A stretch of DNA of 64,000 nt, from the NCBI GenBank assembly GCA_018819225.1, contig JAHJQN010000008.1, positions 1-64,000 of the forward strand. The letters run 5' to 3'. The notes beneath the pieces were generated by a model. The model did not search any database. It saw only the letters and a list, made by a program, of their open reading frames with translations, and was not told where the DNA came from. How positions within the stretch are numbered: position 1 is the stretch's first letter; each line of letters opens with the position of its first letter. This DNA is from Candidatus Micrarchaeota archaeon (GTDB lineage Archaea > Micrarchaeota > Micrarchaeia > Norongarragalinales > SBBD01). Made by a program: the position numbers and the translations under genes. This document shows, in pieces, positions 1-8,893 of the stretch.

Positions 1-12
1 GACGGCGTTCCG

Positions 13-266
13 CTTTCCCATGGTTGAAAAACCGTGGCTCCATTGAAGCCGTCTCTTGATTACAACAAGCAGGATGAATACAATAGTTTCCCATGGTTGA
101 AAAACCGTGGCTCCATTGAAGCCGTCTCTTGATTACAACAAGCAGGATGAATACAATAGTTTCCCATGGTTGAAAAACCGTGGCTCCATTGAAGCTTCTT
201 GGTTGGAATCGGGATGGCGTTTTACGCTTGTTTCCCATGGTTGAAAAACCGTGGCTCCATTGAAGC
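13..266 (+). CRISPR. CRISPR array (probably truncated by the window edge): 4 x 37-bp repeat GTTTCCCATGGTTGAAAAACCGTGGCTCCATTGAAGC, 3 complete spacers
   Basis: Repeats at 13-49 (first base C instead of G), 86-122, 159-195 and 230-266. Spacers at 50-85 (36 bp), 123-158 (36 bp, identical to the first) and 196-229 (34 bp). The repeat folds as CCATGGTT-GAAA-AACCGTGG and ends in ATTGAAGC, which sets the inferred orientation. Confidence 0.95.
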
Positions 267-393
267 CATTAAAGACGCTGCCGGAAGCAAATTACTGCTC
301 AAAATGCGGGCAGAATCTCAAGAAATAGTGGAAGTAGGCTTGCCAACGGTATTTAAAAGATAAAAAAGCGGTTAATGTAGCAAGGGTTGTGGA

Positions 394-2415
394 ATGAACA
401 ACATCAATCGCATGGTAGCCTTATTCCTTATTTTCTTTACCTTGACAACGGAGGGCAGTGTAAACGGAATCATTACCAATTTCACTTACGAGCCTTCAAA
501 TCCAACAGTTGGAGAATCAAATACCGTCACAATTCGCTTCATGCTTGCGAACGAAACCAACGCATCCCTAATATCCCTCTTCTTCCCAAGTCACCAATTC
601 AACATTTCGGACGCTTCGCTTGGAAACGTAACTGGAATAATGGGAAACATCTCCCTCTCCATCGACCCCAGCTGGCAGATAAACGTCAGCTTTCCAATAC
701 AAAGCATCCAGCCAAACACCCCCATTTCCATCGAATTAAATGACATTGTAAACCCTCAAACGGCTTCCGCTTACGCCGTATACATGGCAATAGGCAACAC
801 CAGCGGAAACATAACGACGTGGATCGATGAAGGCGAGTCCGCTCCATTCGAGATCCTTCCAGCACGAATTGTAACAATGCACTTTACCAACTCAACCCCA
901 TTAACGCAACCAGCTGGCGGATACTTTATCCTAACAGTCCATGGCCTCGACCAGTACGGCAACGAAAATTATAGCGGATACTCGTGGAATTCAAGTAATG
1001 AAAGCGTAGCGATCCTCGTCAACGAAACCAATATCAACACGTGGAACATTTCGGCTCAACAATCTGGAACCGCAAACATATCTGCAAGAAGTATTCAAGA
1101 TCCAAGCCTACAAGTATTTATAGAAGTCATAGTAGAGGATTCTCCCGCTCCACCTGAATGCGGGGGGTTTGGTCACGGCTATTGTGGAACCAATTGCGAG
1201 GCCCTCACTTTCCAATTAACAAAGAATATTATACGGCCGATAATCGATGGCGACCACTTCATCATCGGCGACTCAATCGGCCTTACTGCAGGAAATTTCA
1301 GCGTTGGAGGCTTTAGTTCACCGATTGTTGAGTTTATGACCAGAGTAGATGAAGGCGGCCAACCACTTGATGTAGTTTTGTTTAATGAAACCACTTGCCT
1401 TTACGAAAACGTCGGCAACGTTCCGGTCACATACACGTTCAACTATAACGAAAGCACAGAAATATTCGCTACCGAAATCGAGCCGAGTGGAATAGCCATC
1501 ATTTTTCCTGAAAAGATAACTAACGAAAGCCCAGGAAACGCGTCGTGGCAAAAAGACTATAGCTTGATCGTTCTTTATGACACTATCTTGGATCAATTTG
1601 TTAACCATTTGGGGTCCAACAAATTTGATAAGGTCGGTTACGGGGATAATAGCAGTTACCACTTTGCCAACGCCCTTTCTGGATACGTTACCCCGAGAGG
1701 AACATTGATTAGAGGCATGGGACCAAATTACTTTCAATTCTTTTTCAGTTCCGTTCTCTCGCCTCCTACTCCCGTAATCAACCCTGATTTCCATATGGAC
1801 GTGGGACAATATAGCGCGACCATTCGCTTCGAAGTCTACCCATACTCTACATTCATTTTGGAATTAGGCTGGACACAACATACCGTTAAGAGTACAATAC
1901 GGTATGGATTGACGACGAACTACACTTGGGAACAACCAGGAACTGGTGGAGGACTAAATACCGTTACGCTATCAAACCTTACCCCGAACACCACGTACCA
2001 TTACCAGATCGCGTCCTGTTCCACGGATGACCTCATCAAAATTACTTTTTGCTCCGAAACTGAAGATCTTCAATTTACGACGCTTGAAGTTCCGCCGCCT
2101 ACTTTAGCAGTAAGAGACCAAAGGATGGACGAACTGCCAGAACCAGTCGCTACCCTTCAAGTTACTATAACACCACAAGCCGAAAGAACTGAAACCATCG
2201 AAAACAAGATTTCACGTATACCAACACAAATATCAGATATACAAAAAAACAACATAGAAGTTGAGACACGCGTAGGCCTCCTTGAACAAACCGTTGTCGG
2301 CATCCAAGAAGTAATATCGGACATTCAACAACAGCTGGCAGCTCTTGTGGCCAGTGTTACTAACCTCATCACTAGCCAACAAGTAATTAATTCAATAGAC
2401 CGAAGAGGAAGGTAG
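394..2415 (+). CDS. Secreted/cell-surface protein with Ig-like domains, a fibronectin type III-like domain and a C-terminal coiled coil
   Basis: N-terminal signal peptide, many N-x-S/T sequons, FN3-like motif 'VTLSNLTPNTTYHYQIASC', heptad-rich C-terminus. N-terminal region resembles the 16426-18834 protein. Confidence 0.7.
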   Translation: MNNINRMVALFLIFFTLTTEGSVNGIITNFTYEPSNPTVGESNTVTIRFMLANETNASLISLFFPSHQFNISDASLGNVTGIMGNISLSIDPSWQINVSFPIQSIQPNTPISIELNDIVNPQTASAYAVYMAIGNTSGNITTWIDEGESAPFEILPARIVTMHFTNSTPLTQPAGGYFILTVHGLDQYGNENYSGYSWNSSNESVAILVNETNINTWNISAQQSGTANISARSIQDPSLQVFIEVIVEDSPAPPECGGFGHGYCGTNCEALTFQLTKNIIRPIIDGDHFIIGDSIGLTAGNFSVGGFSSPIVEFMTRVDEGGQPLDVVLFNETTCLYENVGNVPVTYTFNYNESTEIFATEIEPSGIAIIFPEKITNESPGNASWQKDYSLIVLYDTILDQFVNHLGSNKFDKVGYGDNSSYHFANALSGYVTPRGTLIRGMGPNYFQFFFSSVLSPPTPVINPDFHMDVGQYSATIRFEVYPYSTFILELGWTQHTVKSTIRYGLTTNYTWEQPGTGGGLNTVTLSNLTPNTTYHYQIASCSTDDLIKITFCSETEDLQFTTLEVPPPTLAVRDQRMDELPEPVATLQVTITPQAERTETIENKISRIPTQISDIQKNNIEVETRVGLLEQTVVGIQEVISDIQQQLAALVASVTNLITSQQVINSIDRRGR

Positions 2416-2497
2416 AGCGGGGCATCGTGATAGGTTCAAGTCCTGGCCTAGGAGTTGAACTCGAATTAGATGCAGATGGAAATCGGCAATCAAGCGG

Positions 2498-3241
2498 TCA
2501 GAGGTTTGACAATTCTCCCTTAGTGAAGCCCATTTTCCTCAATTCCGTTAACGCAGCCTCACGATCCATGCCGGACTTTATCCGCCTTCCGAAAGCTTCT
2601 CTAACAACCGACTCGCGGTCGAGCCTGCAGACTTCGCGGCGGATTGGTGCGTCAATCCCGTGCTTTTCCGCCAGCTCGTTGAACTTGTTGCATACCAGTC
2701 CGTGCCAGGAGCGTTTTGCACTCTGAAGCTGGCATTCCTCCAAAATGACCTTCCAATCAATTTTTGAGGTCCTTACGATGGCAGCTATGTCGTCCACGTC
2801 GTCAGGGCGCTCGGTAATCGACTTGAAAAGTATTACGTCCTCGTTGGAAACCGTTCGCACCTTCAACCTGCCGAACTCGCCAAAGACCTCAGCCCGCTTT
2901 TCGATTGAAGGCATCAATTCAAGGCAACCACACACGACACGCACGAAAAGGTCAAACCTGAAACCGTTCTTGTCGTGCCAGATGCCTGCGGCCTCCATTT
3001 TCAGATACGCGGTTTCAAGGCCATCGGCAGGTTTGAACCCGATTTTCTCGATTGCCGAAATGAAAGCCTTACAGTCGACATCAGTCACGAAAACGAGATC
3101 GAGATCCTTCGTAGCGGTCTTCTGGTCTCGGAACACCATCGCCCCACCGCCCAAGAGAAAAACCTCAATGGGTTTGGAAAGGACGGAGCCGATTTGCTCC
3201 AAAACGGCGGTCAAATCTCTTTTCTCAAAGGCCTTTCTCAT
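2498..3241 (-). CDS. Nucleotidyltransferase (DUF6036/AbiEii-like)
   Basis: Pol-beta-type signature 'LLGGGAM...TKDLDLV' and 'LFKSITERPDDVDD'. ATGA overlap with the upstream HTH gene. Confidence 0.8.
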   Translation of the reverse strand: MRKAFEKRDLTAVLEQIGSVLSKPIEVFLLGGGAMVFRDQKTATKDLDLVFVTDVDCKAFISAIEKIGFKPADGLETAYLKMEAAGIWHDKNGFRFDLFVRVVCGCLELMPSIEKRAEVFGEFGRLKVRTVSNEDVILFKSITERPDDVDDIAAIVRTSKIDWKVILEECQLQSAKRSWHGLVCNKFNELAEKHGIDAPIRREVCRLDRESVVREAFGRRIKSGMDREAALTELRKMGFTKGELSNL

Positions 3242-4140
3242 GGAGCTAACCCCTTTTGGTGGTAGCTTGCAACGTTGCGCATGAGCTCGACCTCCTTTTC
3301 CAAGTCCACCGCAACGCCTTCCACAAGGTATTTCTTGGCCAAGCCGCGCAGCATGCTGGACCTCAATTTCTGCCCATTCTTGATCAAAAACGACGTCAGC
3401 ACGGGCCGATCCTGGTGCTGCTGCAGAGTAGTAAGCAACAAAGCGTGGATGAACGCCTCTTCAGTCGAAATATCGCGTTTTACCCTGCCTAGGTCGAAGT
3501 AGTAGTCGTCATAAGAGGTCTTGACCGCTTCAAGACCTTTTTCCATCAGCTTGTTAATGCCCGTCTTGTTGAAAAAATCGGGAACCGCCTTGGCATCCGT
3601 GCGCACAACGACGTGCTTGCGGACTCGGATAGAAACGTTGTAGCCCTTAGACCCGGTTAGCAAAACGTCGGCAAGCGAGTTGGCGTATGCTGCAGCAAAA
3701 AACGCAGCGAACTGATCGGTTATCGTGATATTCCTCCCGTTCTTTGCAACAAGCCCTGCAGAATACAGCGTTTTTAGCGCTTTGAAAACCGTAGCGCGTG
3801 AACAGTCGGCCTCTTCAACAATCGCATCAAGCCCAACACCCTCTTCCGAACCAGCTAGAATCAGAAGGACATCCATTGCGCTGCCCCATAACGCCTCCTC
3901 GATTTTCGCGTTTGGCCTGGAATCGTAAAGGCGTTTGAACGCCTGGGCGTGGCCTGCGGGGGACAATTTAACTAACCGACCATTCCGAAGAATTAGTCCC
4001 TTTTCTTCCAGTTTTCCAAGCACTCTTGAAACGAAGCTTGCGTTCTTGCGCAAGGCAACGGCTAAACCCTTGGGCGTCTGTTCGCCAACGCACAGGGCTT
4101 CCAAGGCAAACAATTCAGTTTTAGTAAAACTAAACCACAT
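3238..4140 (-). CDS. Tandem winged-helix DNA-binding protein, putative antitoxin/regulator of the adjacent nucleotidyltransferase
   Basis: Two wHTH units ('SFVSRVLGKLEEKGLI', 'SRATVFKALKTLYSAGLV'). Start placed at ATG 4140, downstream of AT-rich TATA-like sequence. Confidence 0.7.
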   Translation of the reverse strand: MWFSFTKTELFALEALCVGEQTPKGLAVALRKNASFVSRVLGKLEEKGLILRNGRLVKLSPAGHAQAFKRLYDSRPNAKIEEALWGSAMDVLLILAGSEEGVGLDAIVEEADCSRATVFKALKTLYSAGLVAKNGRNITITDQFAAFFAAAYANSLADVLLTGSKGYNVSIRVRKHVVVRTDAKAVPDFFNKTGINKLMEKGLEAVKTSYDDYYFDLGRVKRDISTEEAFIHALLLTTLQQHQDRPVLTSFLIKNGQKLRSSMLRGLAKKYLVEGVAVDLEKEVELMRNVASYHQKGLAP

Positions 4141-4515
4141 AGTATAATTTAAGGCAATAAAGTATTTAAATTTATCTATTTCCATACAATAACTATGATT
4201 GTTGCGATACCAGACTGTTGGCAATGCGCCCCAAGCAACACGTAAGGGGGGCAAATACGCTTAGTTTTACACCTTTATGAAGAGGCAAATATACCTTCAA
4301 AACACCAGTATATCCGTTTTAGGGCAGTGAGTTCATTTCCTATTTCCTATCGAGCTATAGAGGGAAAGATAGGAAAGGATAGGAAATGGCGGGCAACGAA
4401 AAGGCCCTCGTCAATGACCGGAAGGGGCAGCGTTTATATAGCTCTGAGCCAGAAGAGCTGCGCCAGAGGTGAAAAATGCCGATTTTCAGGTGAGGGAGTC
4501 TAGCCTACGGTTAGA

Positions 4516-4649
4516 CGCCTTGGCCGGGAATCGAACCCGGGTCTAGGGCTGTTTGCCCGACCTCTTTTCTTTCTAGTCGAGTTCTTTCTTTTCCCAAAAG
4601 AAAGAAGTCGGTCGACAAGCCCCAATGCTAACCACTACACCACCAAGGC
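4516..4649 (-). tRNA. tRNA-Asp(GTC) with 62-nt canonical 37/38 intron (4551-4612)
   Basis: Acceptor stem GCCTTGG/CCAAGGC, T-arm CCGGGTTCGATTCCCGG, anticodon GTC at 4614-4616, BHB with TTGT/GCAA central helix and CCGAC/GTCGG helix. Confidence 0.95.
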
Positions 4650-4730
4650 ATTTGATGGGCGCTAAAAACGCGCTATTCCTTTGGCATGAAAGGAATAAAA
4701 AAGGGGAACCCAAGGCAAAAAAAAAGAAAG

Positions 4731-4869
4731 TCCCGCAGGCCGGATTTGAACCAGCAACCGTCTGATATCAATTTGGCGTACGCTTCGCCTAAAAAAAACG
4801 GCGTTTCCAAGCTACAGTTTCGTCCCTCTGAAAGAGGACAGACGCTCTGCCAAATTGAGCTACTGCGGG
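4731..4869 (-). tRNA. tRNA-Tyr(GTA) with two introns: 20 nt at 30/31 (4819-4838) and 45 nt at 37/38 (4767-4811)
   Basis: Acceptor stem CCCGCAG/CTGCGGG (C1-G72 as in archaeal Tyr). Removing both introns gives a 74-nt tRNA with TCTGA-CTGTAGA-TCAGA anticodon arm. Intron 1 has a CGTC/GACG BHB helix. Confidence 0.92.
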
Positions 4870-4957
4870 GCCCAATAATTAGAAAACTCAGCTTTTAAAG
4901 CAATTCCATCAAATTCAACGCTTCCAAACACCCGGACCGTAATGATTTAAACCCTTT

Positions 4958-6433
4958 ATGATTAATCATGCCATGAAATCCCACGTTAGGCTACTAATCG
5001 CGTGCGCCCTATTGATAGGAGTCCTCATGCCGGTCGCGGAAGCCGCCACCATCGAAAACAAGATCTCACAGTTTCGTTTAAAAAACGAAACCGCGGAATA
5101 CGCGGAAGTCACTTCCGGGGAAAAAGCGTATTATATTGTCAAGTTCGAAAGCGAACTCTCCCTCATCTTCGAAAAAGAGTCTTTGGAACTCGTCGAAGAC
5201 GATTTGGTGCTCCAACAAGTCATCTACGACTTCTTTGACAGCACGGGACAACTCGGATTCAGCGACGTGACCGCGCAAGAAATCAACAACTCGTTCTACG
5301 AAGCGTACCATTCCTACGGAATCTGCAGCGACCTATTTTATGAATATGTTGAAAATAATTTCTTCGTGCGCGACTACCAGTGCATTGAAACGAATACAGG
5401 AAAAGCGTGCGATATCGCGTTCTCTTACCGGGCCAACCTCACCGACCAATGGCGGGACTTGAAAACCGAAGTGGATAAGATTATTCCGCTGTCATTGGGA
5501 GGCGAAACCGATGAGATCACGCTCGTGCTGACATCAATTCGCGACCGCTCAAAAGCCATTGAAACGGACGTCTCGGGATTCGATAGTTATTACAGTTTCT
5601 TCCGAGGATACTTTTTAGCCGACGATCCCGAATGCGGCTATTCGGCCGCGCCCTTGAGGGCGACAAAAACGAAGGCTGAAAACAGCATAGAAGCAGGGAT
5701 TACGGACATCAAAGGAGAAGCCTCGCGAATCAAAAGCCTCTATGAATTGCGTAGAGATATTTCCGTCGTCAAAGACATTCAAGGCCGGGGAGATGCGGTC
5801 ATGGAGGAAGCGCAAACCTTCGCAAACGAAGTGGAAGAAATGTATCTAGTGGATGCGGTGCGCACGAAGATGGTGCGTCTGGATGACGCATTCGACGCGC
5901 TGCGCAATACCACGAACAAGGAGGATGCAGAAAATGCGTACGCGAACATGAACACGATCTTAACTGAAATGAAATCCTTCCTGGAAACGATCCGAAGCGA
6001 TTTAGAGGTATACAGCCAAGCGGCGGCCATCATGCAGAATGCGAGCACGTCCATCAGCCGAGCGAAAACCAAGTTTGGAAGCGGGGATTTGCGCGTCAAG
6101 GAAATGGAGACACAGTACTTGGATCTCGGACAACGCTTGGACAACGAACGAAGCGAGCTGGAAATCGGGAATCTGGCGAACCGTACGCAAAATCTGCAAA
6201 TCATTCGCGATGAAGCGCAAGCAATTGATGCGCGAGCGCGAACGCTGCCGGCTCCCGAAAGCGAAATCGACCCGCTCATTATTGCCACCGTCGTCGTCCT
6301 CGTACTCTCGATGCTGGGACTCATATACATTTTCCGCATCCGAAAGCCGCCCAAGGAAGTCGACATTAAGGAGTTGTATGCGAGAAGGGAAGAACAGCAC
6401 CGGGACGTCGTGATGCCTTCCACTAAAAAGTAA
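4958..6433 (+). CDS. Hypothetical secreted helical/coiled-coil protein with C-terminal membrane anchor
   Basis: Signal peptide, long helical acidic body, C-terminal TM 'LIIATVVVLVLSMLGLIYIF' followed by a basic tail. Confidence 0.7.
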   Translation: MINHAMKSHVRLLIACALLIGVLMPVAEAATIENKISQFRLKNETAEYAEVTSGEKAYYIVKFESELSLIFEKESLELVEDDLVLQQVIYDFFDSTGQLGFSDVTAQEINNSFYEAYHSYGICSDLFYEYVENNFFVRDYQCIETNTGKACDIAFSYRANLTDQWRDLKTEVDKIIPLSLGGETDEITLVLTSIRDRSKAIETDVSGFDSYYSFFRGYFLADDPECGYSAAPLRATKTKAENSIEAGITDIKGEASRIKSLYELRRDISVVKDIQGRGDAVMEEAQTFANEVEEMYLVDAVRTKMVRLDDAFDALRNTTNKEDAENAYANMNTILTEMKSFLETIRSDLEVYSQAAAIMQNASTSISRAKTKFGSGDLRVKEMETQYLDLGQRLDNERSELEIGNLANRTQNLQIIRDEAQAIDARARTLPAPESEIDPLIIATVVVLVLSMLGLIYIFRIRKPPKEVDIKELYARREEQHRDVVMPSTKK

Positions 6434-6549
6434 TGCATGCATTTATATTTTTTCATTCATTTTGTTTGGATAACGAAGTTCGTGGGTTCTTCGATCCGGA
6501 ACTTGTTCTGGCCGCGAAACAAATAGACTACCGAAGGTGATCTGGATAT

Positions 6550-7425
6550 ATGCATACGCCGGATGGATTCATTAGTAGCTGGATTTGCGTCTTACTTCTC
6601 ACGGTTTACGGAGGCGCGATAGGAATCGCATGGAAAGCCCGAAACGCGTGGTTAAATCAGCAAACCCTATCCAAAATGGCGTTTGCGGCCGCCGCCATAT
6701 TCCTACTTCAAATGCTTAACGTTCCCGTGGCAAGCGGTACCAGCGGACATTTCCTGGGCGCCGCGTTCGCCGTCCTGTTTCTCGGCCTTTATCCCGCCGT
6801 AATGGTGATGGGATTCGTGCTCCTCGTACAAACCCTCGTATTCGGGGACGGGGGATTTATTGCATACGGAGCCAACGCGTTCAACATGGCCATCGTGGCA
6901 ACGTATGCCGCGCACTACGCCCGCCAATGCAGTCAACACCTCCCGAAAACATTTTCTTATTCGTTAAGCGGAATTGCCAGCATGATCGCAGCTACCTTCG
7001 TGTTATCACTTGAACTCGCGGTCAGCGGGACGACTGCGCTTGCAAGCGTATTACCGGCGATGTGGGCAGTACATGCTTTCGCCGCGATCGGAGAAGCCGC
7101 GTTAACCATTGGACTCGTGTACGCGCTGTCCGGAACGTTCGCGCGCAGTCCCTGGAAAAGCGGGCTCGCGTTCTTCATAGCCGTGTTCGCGTTCTCCGCC
7201 ATCGCATTACCGTTTGCATCCGCATTACCGGACGGACTGCAAAGCGTATCCCTTCAATTGGGCTTTTTCTCGCAGGCAACAATCGTTTACCAAGCCCCGT
7301 TAAACGGATATTCAATGGCGGCACTTAATGGACTCGTTTCAACAGCAGGAATTGCCTTAATGGGAGCCACGCTTTGTTTCGCTGTATTCGGTGCATGGAA
7401 GTGGAGCGTTCCTTCAAAAGCTTGA
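6550..7425 (+). CDS. cbiM: ECF-type Ni/Co transporter substrate component (CbiM/NikMN)
   Basis: N-terminal 'MHTPDGF' motif, 'GTSGHFLGA', 'LLVQTLVFGDGG', and C-terminal 'LPDGLQ' (PDGLE-like) segment. Confidence 0.9.
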   Translation: MHTPDGFISSWICVLLLTVYGGAIGIAWKARNAWLNQQTLSKMAFAAAAIFLLQMLNVPVASGTSGHFLGAAFAVLFLGLYPAVMVMGFVLLVQTLVFGDGGFIAYGANAFNMAIVATYAAHYARQCSQHLPKTFSYSLSGIASMIAATFVLSLELAVSGTTALASVLPAMWAVHAFAAIGEAALTIGLVYALSGTFARSPWKSGLAFFIAVFAFSAIALPFASALPDGLQSVSLQLGFFSQATIVYQAPLNGYSMAALNGLVSTAGIALMGATLCFAVFGAWKWSVPSKA

Positions 7426-7427
7426 AT

Positions 7428-8219
7428 ATGGACAAAGTGATTGCCCTCAGAAAACAATTGCGGGAATTGAAGGGCGTACTCGTCGCGTACTCCGGTGGCG
7501 TGGATAGTACGTTCTTGTTATCCGAAGCCCGTAACGTGCTGGGAGAAAAAGTCATCGCGTGCACGAACGCAACGAGTTCCACGCCCAAACGACAACTCGA
7601 AATCGCTCAACGCATTACCCGGCAATTAGGCATAAGACACCGAATCATCCACGCGGAAGAACTGCAAGTGAAGGAATACGCGGCAAACCCCGCAAACCGT
7701 TGTTATTTCTGCAAGAATTCCCTGTACGCGAACTTGAAACGAATCGCACAAGAAGAAGGCATCCCCAACGTTCTCGATGGCACGAACGCGGATGACCTGA
7801 AGGAGTTCAGGCCGGGAAGAAAAGCAGCGGAAGAACACGGAATTAAAAGTCCGTTAGCAGAACTCGGATTTACAAAAAATGAAATTCGGGAGTACTCCAA
7901 GGAAAACGACTTACCGACTTGGAACATGCCGGCGTCCCCGTGCCTGGCGTCGAGAATTCAGCACGGTACCCCCATACAAAAAAATCAATTGATTGCGGTG
8001 GATGAAGCCGAGGAATTCATTCGATCGAAAGGGATGCCGATTGTTCGCGTGCGCATGCTCGGACACGAGGCGCGCATCGAGGTCCCGAAACAAGACGTCA
8101 AGAAAGTAATCGAACATCAATCCCACGTTAAGAAATTACTTGAAAAGATTGGAATCACCCGCGTATCAGTGAATCCGGAAGGCTATTGCTCCGGAAGCAT
8201 GAACGAGGCGCTGACATGA
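7428..8219 (+). CDS. larE: ATP-dependent sulfur transferase LarE
   Basis: PP-loop 'VAYSGGVDST', 'NRCYFCK', 'DGTNADD..RPG', 'PCLASRI'. Confidence 0.93.
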   Translation: MDKVIALRKQLRELKGVLVAYSGGVDSTFLLSEARNVLGEKVIACTNATSSTPKRQLEIAQRITRQLGIRHRIIHAEELQVKEYAANPANRCYFCKNSLYANLKRIAQEEGIPNVLDGTNADDLKEFRPGRKAAEEHGIKSPLAELGFTKNEIREYSKENDLPTWNMPASPCLASRIQHGTPIQKNQLIAVDEAEEFIRSKGMPIVRVRMLGHEARIEVPKQDVKKVIEHQSHVKKLLEKIGITRVSVNPEGYCSGSMNEALT

Positions 8220-8893
8220 ATAAAAAGAAAACGTTATTCGAAGAACTCGGATTCAGTAAAGTGGATCACGCGCGCACTAAAGTCAAAGGGTGGCCCGAAG
8301 TCATTTACTGTCCTGGAAAAACGCCGGCACAAATCACGGCCATCTCAAAAAGCCTGCTAAAGAAAGGAAGTAACGTCATAGCCACGCGCGCAAACCGGAA
8401 AGCGTATCAAGCCCTGAAGAACGCGAGCCCTCAAGCAAAATACGACAAGGAAGCACGCATCGCATTCATCCAGAAAATGAGACTACCTCGAAAAGGACGC
8501 GTCCTCGTGTTAAGCGCGGGCTCCTCCGACCAATCCGTGGCAAAAGAAGCCGTTCGAACCGCTGAGTTGCTGGGATGCAACGTGGAAAGCACGCAAGACG
8601 TGGGAATCGCGGGCATTCATCGGCTGTTATCAAAAATGGATCAGTTGAGGGAAGCCGATGTCGTCATCGTGGTGGCGGGCATGGACGGAGCACTCGCAAG
8701 CGCGGTTGCCGGACTCACCCCCAAGCCCGTGGTCGCCGTTCCCACCAGCGTAGGCTATGGAGCCAGCTTCAAGGGACTCGCAGCGTTATTAACCATGCTC
8801 AACGCCTGCGCACCCGGAGTCGCCGTCGTGAATATCGACAACGGATTCGGGGCCGGCTATTTTGCTGCCAGCATCATACGGGGAAAAACATGA
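8216..8893 (+). CDS. larB: Nickel-pincer cofactor biosynthesis protein LarB (PurE-like)
   Basis: 'PEVIYCPGKT', 'DVGIAGIHRL', 'AGMDGALAS', 'PTSVGYGASF', 'VVNIDNGFGA'. Confidence 0.95.
   Translation: MNKKKTLFEELGFSKVDHARTKVKGWPEVIYCPGKTPAQITAISKSLLKKGSNVIATRANRKAYQALKNASPQAKYDKEARIAFIQKMRLPRKGRVLVLSAGSSDQSVAKEAVRTAELLGCNVESTQDVGIAGIHRLLSKMDQLREADVVIVVAGMDGALASAVAGLTPKPVVAVPTSVGYGASFKGLAALLTMLNACAPGVAVVNIDNGFGAGYFAASIIRGKT

Noticed and set aside
50-229. Self-targeting spacers
   Set aside because: No match seen elsewhere in this window by eye. An exhaustive search was not possible.
267-363. Fifth CRISPR repeat, or a coding fragment after the array
   Set aside because: No degenerate repeat follows at spacer distance, and the 31-codon open stretch is within chance expectation.
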